Below are positions 15,423-22,075 of a stretch of 34,653 bases of DNA, in pieces. The stretch lies in the IMG/VR virus record IMGVR_UViG_3300022213_000002. The stretch is one strand, 5' to 3'. Position 1 is the first letter of the stretch, and every line of letters begins with the position of its first letter. Origin of the DNA: a virus. The notes under the pieces were generated by a model. It was given only the letters and a program-made list of their open reading frames with translations. It searched no databases and was not told the origin of the DNA. The position numbers were made by a program, and so were the translations under genes.

Positions 15423-17066
15423 TCAACTCGCCGCGGGGGCGGGCACGAATCCGCGCGCGCGATGCGCTTCCGCGTACGCCTGCAACTCGACTGACCAGGC
15501 GCCGCGCGCCGCCGCGTCGTGCCAGATCCGCGACAGGTCCGCCCGCTCGCGTGCGGTGTCGATGCGCCCGCGCCAGTCATCGGGCGCGGGCTCGGGCTCG
15601 GGCGCGGGCTCGGGCGCGGGCTCGGGCGCGGGCGGGGGGGCGGGTACCCGCGTCGCCCGCCTGCCCGTGGGCGCATCGGGCGCGGGCGCATCGCACGTGG
15701 GACAGATGCCCGCGCTCGCGGGCATGCCCGCTCCGCACCAGATGCACTGCCCGCTACCCGCCTGCGCGGGCATGGGGGCGAGCGCGGCGTTGAGTCCGCA
15801 CTCCGGGCACAGGGTGCCGGCTGCCCCGACCCCCGGCCGCACCCCGCACTGCGGGCACTGCGCGCTCGCCTGTCCTGTCTGCGCGGGCACTGCGGCGGGC
15901 ACTGCGGCGGGTACCCGCTCGTCGCCCGCGCACGCGGGACAGCGACCGGTGCCGTTCATGTCGCCCGGATTGGTCAGTTCGCCGCACCCCGTGCACCGCT
16001 TGCGCTTGCGCGCGCGCGGCGGGCGGGTGTCCATCGGCGCGGGCACGGGCGTGAGTATCGGATCGATCGCGCGCCTAAGGGGGAGTGCCTCCGCGATGAA
16101 TGCCTGCGCGGCCGCCTCAATGTCAGGGGGGACCGTGGACGCTGAGACCGGTGCGGCTCCGGCTGTGTCCGCCCCAGCCGGTTCCGGCCGGAGCGGCGCG
16201 CCGATCAGGCCCGCCTTGCGCATGTTGCGCACCTCGACCGCCCGCACAGCCGCCATCCGACCGGCCCTGATGTCGACCGGGTAGAGCGCGAAGTTCTGCG
16301 GCTCGCCCGCCGGCGCGTGCAGGACGTAGGCAACGTCAGAGCGGGTTGGCGCCGCCTCGATGTACTCGTCGCCTACCCACCAGTGTCGCATCATCTGGTA
16401 GATGGCAAGCTGGACCGACACGTAGAGACCCATGTATCGCAGGTTCTTGCCGGTCTTGATGTCGATGATGGCGCGACTGGCGTCACCACCGAGCGTCCCC
16501 ACGCGGTCGACGGTGCCCGCAGTGCCGCCACGGGGGTTGGCTGCGGTCAGATCGGCATCGAGCGTGGGCACGACACCGATGCGCTCGATACCGCCCGGTT
16601 CGAAACCGATCCGGTGTTCGGCCAGCAGTGCCCGGTACCGGTCCAGGTCGGGCTGGAAGCGCGGCGGGCACGCGACATCGGCTGCAGCCTCGCCCTGCTG
16701 GTCGTTGATCTGGTAGAGCTTGTGCATCGCGGTGCCCAGGTCGCGCCGCTCGTTGGCGCCGGCCGCGTGCTGCGCCGCGGCCACGATCTCGTTGAAGCGA
16801 TCCTTGTCGGTGGCGTAGTCCGTGGTGGACGCGGACAGGTACAGGCTGGGCGTGAGCGCGATGCCCCGGACTGCCATGGCCGCCTGCCACGCGGACAGGG
16901 AGTAGGTGTCGTCGAGCGTCTTGGCCAGGGTCGTCGCCCTGGTCCAGGAGACCAGCCGGCCGGTCTCCGGGTGCGGCAGGAGGTAGCGTCCCCACCGGTC
17001 GCGCTGGATCTTGCCCTCGGCGCCCTCAAGTGGCGCCCCGGGGTCGCCGAGTGGATCAAATGTCAT
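15423..17066 (-). CDS. PD-(D/E)XK (RecB/Cas4-like) exonuclease fused to three zinc ribbons, a PAPE linker and a small C-terminal domain
   Basis: Nuclease motif AIIDIKTGK with an upstream GTVDRVG. Three CxxC...CxxC pairs (CTGCG..CPAC, CPQCG..CPECG, CIWCG..CPTC). PAPEPAPEPAPEPEPAP linker. Confidence 0.8.
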   Translation of the reverse strand: MTFDPLGDPGAPLEGAEGKIQRDRWGRYLLPHPETGRLVSWTRATTLAKTLDDTYSLSAWQAAMAVRGIALTPSLYLSASTTDYATDKDRFNEIVAAAQHAAGANERRDLGTAMHKLYQINDQQGEAAADVACPPRFQPDLDRYRALLAEHRIGFEPGGIERIGVVPTLDADLTAANPRGGTAGTVDRVGTLGGDASRAIIDIKTGKNLRYMGLYVSVQLAIYQMMRHWWVGDEYIEAAPTRSDVAYVLHAPAGEPQNFALYPVDIRAGRMAAVRAVEVRNMRKAGLIGAPLRPEPAGADTAGAAPVSASTVPPDIEAAAQAFIAEALPLRRAIDPILTPVPAPMDTRPPRARKRKRCTGCGELTNPGDMNGTGRCPACAGDERVPAAVPAAVPAQTGQASAQCPQCGVRPGVGAAGTLCPECGLNAALAPMPAQAGSGQCIWCGAGMPASAGICPTCDAPAPDAPTGRRATRVPAPPPAPEPAPEPAPEPEPAPDDWRGRIDTARERADLSRIWHDAAARGAWSVELQAYAEAHRARGFVPAPAAS

Positions 17067-17184
17067 CGCCGTTCCTCCGATCGTCGTGCCGGTGCTGGCC
17101 GTGCGCCAGGATGTGCAGGCATGCCGCCGCGATGATGGCCAGCACCAGCATGCCCAGCAGTCCGAGCCCGTTCATGTGGATCAT
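17056..17184 (-). CDS. Micro-ORF, 42-aa single-TM membrane peptide
   Basis: MIHMNGLGLLGMLVLAIIAAACLHILAHGQHRHDDRRNGDDI. High GC3. Its end overlaps the exonuclease ATG by 11 nt. Below the length cut-off of the ORF track. Confidence 0.55.
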   Translation of the reverse strand: MIHMNGLGLLGMLVLAIIAAACLHILAHGQHRHDDRRNGDDI

Positions 17185-17221
17185 GAATGTCCTCTAATGT
17201 CCTCACGGTGAAGGTACTGCC
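17164..17221. repeat. 58-bp direct repeat copy A (53/58 identical to 17800-17857)
   Basis: Contains GAGGACAT twice, then ATGATCCACATGA (minus-strand sense), that is an RBS plus the first four codons MIHM. Confidence 0.9.
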
Positions 17222-17820
17222 CGCCCTCCGTCCCCATCGACCCGGGCGTCCCCGCTGACCCGGGCGCTCCCGCTGACCCGGGCGTCCCCGCTGACCCAGG
17301 CGTCCCCGCTGACCCGGGCATTCCCGCTGACCCGGGCGTCCCCGCTGACCCAGGCGTCCCCGCCGACCCAGGCGTCCCCGCCGACCTGGGCATTCCCGCT
17401 GACCTGGGCGTCCCCGCCGACCCAGGCGTCCCCGCTGACCTGGGCATTCCCGCTGACCTGGGCGTCCTCGCCGACCCAGGCGTCCCCGCCGACCCAGGCG
17501 CCCCCGCTGACCTGGGCATTCTCGCTGACCTGGGCATTCTCGACGACCCGGGCGCCCCCGCTGACCTGGGCATTCCCGCTGACCTGGGCGTTCCCATCGA
17601 CCCAGGCGTCCCCGGTCTGCGACAGGTTGTCCGGGCCGGCCACGATGCCGCCCAGGTGACCGGTCTTTACGTCGTCCCCGATGTCCCGCAGTGCCCGGAG
17701 TCGGAACAGGCCGCTATCCCCGTCCGCGATCAGCTCGTACTTGTCGATCATTTGCACTCCCAGCCTGGTTGCCAACGTCGCGTCCGCGGCGCCCCGGGCG
17801 AGCCCGGTCATGTGGATCAT
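17203..17820 (-). CDS. Hexapeptide-repeat (left-handed beta-helix type) protein
   Basis: N-terminal non-repeat domain ([43 protein letters not shown]) followed by about 20 units of [GS][DN]A[QWR]V[SG]. Confidence 0.8.
   Translation of the reverse strand: MIHMTGLARGAADATLATRLGVQMIDKYELIADGDSGLFRLRALRDIGDDVKTGHLGGIVAGPDNLSQTGDAWVDGNAQVSGNAQVSGGARVVENAQVSENAQVSGGAWVGGDAWVGEDAQVSGNAQVSGDAWVGGDAQVSGNAQVGGDAWVGGDAWVSGDARVSGNARVSGDAWVSGDARVSGSARVSGDARVDGDGGRAVPSP
17236..17600. repeat. Tandem 18-bp DNA repeats (about 20 units, e.g. gacccgggcgtccccgct), the coding repeats of the hexapeptide protein
   Basis: Contiguous imperfect 18-mers with no spacers. All three minus-strand frames stay open through the array. 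Confidence 0.9.
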
Positions 17821-17857
17821 GAATGTCCTCCGATGTCCTCACAGCGAAGGTACTGCC
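17800..17857. repeat. 58-bp direct repeat copy B
   Basis: Aligned by eye to 17164-17221 with 5 mismatches and an offset of 636 bp. The two copies bracket the hexapeptide-repeat gene. Confidence 0.9.
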
Positions 17858-17987
17858 TGCCACGGGGACAGGCAAGCTGATCGCAGGGGAGGTCGTCCGC
17901 CAGGAAGTGCAGTCCGATGGCGCAGGGCCACCGCGGCTGGACGAATCGCCACCTGAGTCCAGCCGCGGTGCGTCGAATCTTGATCAC
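17817..17987 (-). CDS. Micro-ORF, 56 aa with four Cys (possible small zinc-binding protein)
   Basis: GTG overlaps the helicase stop (GTGA) and its TGA overlaps the next ATG (ATGA). Sequence [56 protein letters not shown]. Confidence 0.5.
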   Translation of the reverse strand: MIKIRRTAAGLRWRFVQPRWPCAIGLHFLADDLPCDQLACPRGRQYLRCEDIGGHS

Positions 17988-19666
17988 CTGGCGCTCCCGC
18001 GGTCGAGGAGACGACTGGCGTCGTGGATGGAGATCTCGTTGGACAGCTCGCCCTTACTGAGACCGTCCGGGGTGATGCCGAGGCGGAGCGCGTGGGCCAG
18101 CTGGGCGTCCGACGGAGCACGGCGCCCCTGGCGCCAGCTGGCCGTCCGACGCGCTGTGGTGCCCGCGGGGTCGAGATCGTCTGCGAGATCCTCAGCGAGG
18201 CTCATCGCCAGCTCGATGGGGAGGTTCCGGTGGTGCCACTCGCCGCGCCCCACCGAATAGACCCCACACGACCCAACCCGCCAGGCGCCCGCCTGGCCGT
18301 CCGGTCCGAATTCGGGCCACACGAAGATGGTGCGTCCCTCCGGGCGTCCCGCCACCTGAATGAACCAGTGCCCGGCACGGGTCTGCAGCCAAGCAGAGTG
18401 GCTCTGCTCAAACAGGTCGACAGCAGCCATGCTCTTGAGGCGGCCACCCATGACAGCGTCGCTCGGCCCGGTGTCGCCGATGCCGTTGCCGTCACCGAGC
18501 TCCTCCAGCTCGGCGCGCTCGATAGCCTCGACGAGAGTCTCGTCGTCGGTGATGGTGATGGGCGTGGTCGACAGGTCGGCCAAGGTGGCCAGTTTGAGCC
18601 GGCCGGCGATACCGGCGAAGTCGAGTGCCAGGGCGTTCTCCTTGCCCGCCCATGGGCGCAGGACACGTCCCACCATCTGGATGAACAGCGCCTTGGAGGT
18701 GGTCGCGCGCGCGATAGCCGCAACCTCCGCCCATGGCGCATCGAACCCCTCGGTGAGCACCATACAGTTGACCAGCACCCGGGACGCGCCGGTGCGGAAG
18801 CGCTCATAGGCTGCCTGGCGCTCGTCGGTCGGGGTGTCACCCACGATGACGTCACAGGCGATGCCGGCGGCACGCAGATCGATGGCGAACCGCTCGGCGG
18901 TTTCGACGGTGGGCGTGAACAGGATGGTGCGTCGGATCAGCCCGTCCGGCCCCATGGCCTGGTCGTGCAGCGCCTTGGCGATGGCCGCGCCGGCGTCGAC
19001 GGCCAGCAGGGCCTGCGACAGTGACCCCTCCCGGTACTCGCCCCCGGAGGTCTTGACCTTGTCCAGATCGAATCCCTCGATCTGGACCGTCCTGGCCTTG
19101 ACGTCGCACAGGTACCCGTGCCGGATGCCGAACCTGATGTCGCGGGCGTAGACGATGTCTTCCCAGACGTCGCCGAGCCCCCGCCGGTCCTCACGGCTCA
19201 TCGTCGCGGTGAATCCGACCGCCCGGACGCCGGAGCCGGACTCGAACGCGCCGAAGTACTCCAGCGTGTCCAGGTAGCTGTCCGCCGCCGCGTGATGGCA
19301 TTCATCGACGACGATACGTGTGAATCCGCGGGGGTCGACCCGCCTGCGCCTGCTCTCCCGGGCCAGGGTCTGCACGCTGGCAACCACCGCGTCCGCGTCG
19401 CCGTGCTCGTCGCGCTCCGCCTTGACCAGGCCGGTGCTCATGTCCGGGGCGATGGCCCGGAGCTTGGCCAGGGCCTGCTGCGCCAGCTCGTCGCGGTGAA
19501 CCAGGATGAGCGAGCGACCACTGACGGCACGCTCGCGCTTCGCGGCGGTCGCGAAGATGACGGTCTTTCCGAGGCCGGTGGGCAGCAGGATGGCGGGCCG
19601 CTGCAACGGACTCTCGTTGATCGCAACGATGGCCTGCTCCTGATAGGGGCGCAGCTTCAGGCTCAT
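17984..19666 (-). CDS. Superfamily 2 DEAD/DEAH-box DNA helicase
   Basis: Motif I LLPTGLGKT, motif II VVDECHH, and conserved helicase C-terminal motifs (VNCMVLTEGFDAP, QMVGRVLR). Confidence 0.9.
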   Translation of the reverse strand: MSLKLRPYQEQAIVAINESPLQRPAILLPTGLGKTVIFATAAKRERAVSGRSLILVHRDELAQQALAKLRAIAPDMSTGLVKAERDEHGDADAVVASVQTLARESRRRRVDPRGFTRIVVDECHHAAADSYLDTLEYFGAFESGSGVRAVGFTATMSREDRRGLGDVWEDIVYARDIRFGIRHGYLCDVKARTVQIEGFDLDKVKTSGGEYREGSLSQALLAVDAGAAIAKALHDQAMGPDGLIRRTILFTPTVETAERFAIDLRAAGIACDVIVGDTPTDERQAAYERFRTGASRVLVNCMVLTEGFDAPWAEVAAIARATTSKALFIQMVGRVLRPWAGKENALALDFAGIAGRLKLATLADLSTTPITITDDETLVEAIERAELEELGDGNGIGDTGPSDAVMGGRLKSMAAVDLFEQSHSAWLQTRAGHWFIQVAGRPEGRTIFVWPEFGPDGQAGAWRVGSCGVYSVGRGEWHHRNLPIELAMSLAEDLADDLDPAGTTARRTASWRQGRRAPSDAQLAHALRLGITPDGLSKGELSNEISIHDASRLLDRGSAR

Positions 19667-19727
19667 GGTCGAGGCATCCTTTCGCGGTGAACGTCTTCGG
19701 ACTTGATCCTAGTGGACATGTCAAGAC

Positions 19728-19777
19728 ATACGCAAGCGCCAGACCACGCCGCGCGGCGTGGTCTGGCGCTTGCGTAT
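19728..19777 (-). terminator. 50-bp perfect palindrome (23-bp stem, GCGC loop) immediately after a stop codon
   Basis: atacgcaagcgccagaccacgcc gcgc ggcgtggtctggcgcttgcgtat. It is followed on the minus strand by TTGACA (19724-19719) upstream of the helicase gene. Confidence 0.8.
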
Positions 19778-19915
19778 CTATCTGGACGTCCGTGAATTCA
19801 CCCACGCGTCGAACGCGACCATCGCGAAGCCGCACATGAACACGAGCGCGGCAAGGAGCATGAGCCAGGCGAGCAGGTTGGCCATGCGATTGCGTGGCTT
19901 CGGGTAGATCCTCAC
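19778..19915 (-). CDS. Micro-ORF, 45-aa single-TM membrane peptide
   Basis: GTG overlaps the upstream TGA (GTGA). An internal ATG at 19885 gives MANLLAWLMLLAALVFMCGFAMVAF. Confidence 0.55.
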   Translation of the reverse strand: MRIYPKPRNRMANLLAWLMLLAALVFMCGFAMVAFDAWVNSRTSR

Positions 19916-20337
19916 GCGCTCGTTCCCTTCGGGCGCCAGGCGACCCTGACGTAGCGGGACCAGTAGCGGGTCCTGTACACCCTTCCGTGCCTGTCGGCCA
20001 GGGTGACCCACGAATACGGCGCGCTCTGGTCGCTCTCCTGCGGGTCAACACCCATTTCGATCACATCGAAGGCGCCACCCGCGAAATCGAAGACGACGTC
20101 GCCGACTTGGATCTCACTGCCCTCCCGGTCGAGCACGGGCTCCGCTACGACCTGGCCGAGCGGCGGGCGGTCTGCGTGAACGTCGACGTAGGTGTCGGAC
20201 TCCCCCCCGACGCGCGGTGCGGGGATCGGAACCTGGCCGGTCAGGTGGCCGGGGACCATGCAGTCGAACGGCCGGTAGTTACAGGTGCAGGGCCGACGGT
20301 CGTCAGTCGCTTCGGCCTTCGTGACGGTGCGGATCAT
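19912..20337 (-). CDS. Hypothetical protein, 141 aa
   Basis: ATG at 20337 after RBS GGGAGG. The upstream part of the 218-aa track ORF lies in the divergent promoter region and was rejected. Confidence 0.7.
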   Translation of the reverse strand: MIRTVTKAEATDDRRPCTCNYRPFDCMVPGHLTGQVPIPAPRVGGESDTYVDVHADRPPLGQVVAEPVLDREGSEIQVGDVVFDFAGGAFDVIEMGVDPQESDQSAPYSWVTLADRHGRVYRTRYWSRYVRVAWRPKGTSA

Positions 20338-20375
20338 GTTGACCTCCCTGTAATGATGACCTGACGACCGAAAGT

Positions 20376-20387
20376 ATGGCATGCCAT
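20376..20387. promoter_or_regulatory. 12-bp perfect palindrome ATGGCATGCCAT in a divergent intergenic region (operator candidate)
   Basis: Centred between the ATG at 20337 (-) and the ATG at 20446 (+). Confidence 0.45.
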
Positions 20388-20445
20388 GTCGCTCCGCGTC
20401 CAGTCGGCTGGCGTCGAGAGGCCCTACGTGTCTAGGCTGGTCCAC

Positions 20446-20661
20446 ATGACACGTGGATACATGCCGCCGGACGGCTGGCTGACCAGGCATGGCGCGGCGA
20501 CATATCTCGACCGTTGCATCAAGACCGTCGATCGATACATCGGGTCGGGGGACCTGACGGTGGCCCACGCCGGACCGAGGAGCGGGCGCGTCCTGGTGTC
20601 GATCGAATCGCTACAGGCGCTCAACGAGATCCTCAACCCACCCGCACCCGGGAGGGGTTGA
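20446..20661 (+). CDS. Excisionase/MerR-type helix-turn-helix DNA-binding protein, 71 aa
   Basis: WLTRHGAATYLDRCIKTVDRYIGSGDL resembles the HTH_17/Xis-family signature. GC3 about 75 percent. Its orientation is opposite to the surrounding arm. Confidence 0.65.
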   Translation: MTRGYMPPDGWLTRHGAATYLDRCIKTVDRYIGSGDLTVAHAGPRSGRVLVSIESLQALNEILNPPAPGRG

Positions 20662-21469
20662 GTCCCGCCAACCGGAGCTCCTCGATCGCCCCGCCGTCCC
20701 ACCGGCCGGCGAGGGCGCGGCGGACCGGCTGGCGGGGGTTCAGATCATCCGTCTCGCGGACCTGGCCCGGGTCGGCAACGGCGCACACTCGGGCACGCGG
20801 CAGCGCGACGTCAAGGACCCGCCAGCCCCGGCCGCCCCCGTCAATGACGTCTCCGGGTTCGACATCGAGCCAGGTGACGGTCTCGACTCCGGGGCCGCCG
20901 GGGGGCGCGCCCCCGTCCACCCGCCGGCGGGAGCCGAGCCAGACTCCCACCGGCACGCCAGCCAGGGGATCACGGGAAGTGTGCCCCACGCGAGCATCGT
21001 GACCGCGATCAGCAGGTTGAGGCTTGGAGTGATCATGCGGGTGGTCCTCCCGGAGTAGTGCACTGTGGATGGTGCGAGTGGGCAGGCAGCATCCCGGCCG
21101 CCATCGGTACGCACATTCGGCGAACCAGGTTTCCACGTCGTCGCGACGCGCCCAAACCGCCACGAAACGGTCGCCGGACCGCCGCCCCCGGACCGACACG
21201 GCCCGCCCGGGCCGAACCGACCGCCCCGTGGCACTGACCAGCCAGCCACCGGACAGCACGCAGTGCACCCGCCAGCCGCCGGCGGTCGCCCGGTTGGCGA
21301 CCAACCGCGCACCCGTTGCCCCGATGCCCGCCAGTTCGGCCAGGGCGAGGCGGCGAGGCGGGAAGCCCCCGGGTGACGTGTGTGCCCGGGGGGGCGGCTG
21401 GTGGCCGACGGCGACCGGCCAGGTGCGCACCGGCCACCAGAGCGGAGTCGGGTCACGGTCGCTCGTCAT
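20633..21469 (-). CDS. Hypothetical protein(s); 278-aa open frame that is probably composite
   Basis: GC3 supports this frame at 21469-21040 and about 20900-20633. Between them the +1 frame carries an RBS (GGGAGGA), an ATG at 21036 and a TM helix with high GC3. Confidence 0.5.
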   Translation of the reverse strand: MTSDRDPTPLWWPVRTWPVAVGHQPPPRAHTSPGGFPPRRLALAELAGIGATGARLVANRATAGGWRVHCVLSGGWLVSATGRSVRPGRAVSVRGRRSGDRFVAVWARRDDVETWFAECAYRWRPGCCLPTRTIHSALLREDHPHDHSKPQPADRGHDARVGHTSRDPLAGVPVGVWLGSRRRVDGGAPPGGPGVETVTWLDVEPGDVIDGGGRGWRVLDVALPRARVCAVADPGQVRETDDLNPRQPVRRALAGRWDGGAIEELRLAGLNPSRVRVG

Positions 21470-21741
21470 GACCGGGGGCGCTCGTATTCGCCACAGAGGT
21501 CGCCCAGCCGCTCGAGCAGGGGACGGAGATCCTTGGCGAGGGGCCCCCTGCCGCCGCGGAGGCTGATGGCATCCTCGATCACCCCGGCGATCTCGTCGAA
21601 CAGGTCGAGCGCATCCTCCACTCGTTGGTAGTAGGCGGCATCCGCGTCATCAGCCAGTAGGAGGAAGGCGTCGGCGGTCGGGAGCCTGCCGACGACGGCG
21701 CACTCGGCAATGGAGCGCTCAAATGATGTGCGGTTGGTCAT
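21466..21741 (-). CDS. Hypothetical acidic protein, 91 aa (first gene of the leftward arm)
   Basis: ATG at 21741 (MTNRTSFERS...). ATGA overlap with the next gene. Confidence 0.7.
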   Translation of the reverse strand: MTNRTSFERSIAECAVVGRLPTADAFLLLADDADAAYYQRVEDALDLFDEIAGVIEDAISLRGGRGPLAKDLRPLLERLGDLCGEYERPRS

Positions 21742-21812
21742 GTCCGCACCGTACACCATGTTGGGCGCCATAGCATGCAGCGTGGTGTACGGTTCTTGAC
21801 CATGACCAACCG
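21731..21812. promoter_or_regulatory. Palindromic divergent switch region: outer 12-bp arms include both start codons, inner 11-bp arms carry TACGGT -10-like hexamers
   Basis: cggttggtcatg (21731-21742) pairs with catgaccaaccg (21801-21812). accgtacacca (21748-21758) pairs with tggtgtacggt (21783-21793). Confidence 0.6.
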
Positions 21813-21996
21813 ATGGGTGCGCACGCTCGCGCTGGACCCTCCCGCCGAGCCGCCACAGCTGAGTAGGCCGGAGATCGCGCGCCGCGCGGCCGCGGCCAGC
21901 GCCGCGGCACGGCGGCTGAACAAGCAGCACCGCTGGGCGGCAGAGATGATTCAGGACGGCTGGCGATGCGTCCCGCCCACGCCGGCGGGACGATGA
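21802..21996 (+). CDS. Hypothetical protein, 64 aa (first gene of the rightward arm); alternative start at 21775
   Basis: ATG at 21802 (MTNRWVRT...) mirrors the divergent gene's start. Confidence 0.6.
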   Translation: MTNRWVRTLALDPPAEPPQLSRPEIARRAAAASAAARRLNKQHRWAAEMIQDGWRCVPPTPAGR

Positions 21997-22075
21997 TCAT
22001 GAGGGGGAGGGGCGCGCCGTCCCGGCATACATCAGGGCTTCGGCGCGCCCCCGGAGGGGATCGGAGGACGATCCT

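Noticed and set aside
15100-16284. 394-aa plus-strand ORF
   Set aside because: It is antisense to the exonuclease gene and runs through the tRNA-like locus. Its A/G/S/P/R low-complexity composition is typical of shadow ORFs in high-GC DNA.
17181-17597. Track ORF (138 aa, GTPRSAG repeats) as an independent gene
   Set aside because: It is an alternative frame of the same 18-bp array, has low-complexity P/G/S/R composition, and has no independent N-terminal domain. It is kept only as a remote dual-frame possibility in the findings.
17236-17600. Regular 18-bp repeats that could be mistaken for a CRISPR array or a non-coding satellite
   Set aside because: The units are contiguous with no spacers. 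The period is a multiple of 3. They translate into a clean hexapeptide-repeat protein that has a non-repeat N-terminal domain and a proper RBS and start.
18023-19024. 333-aa plus-strand ORF, and the 145-aa ORF at 17823-18260
   Set aside because: Both are antisense to the SF2 helicase gene, which has canonical motifs I and II.
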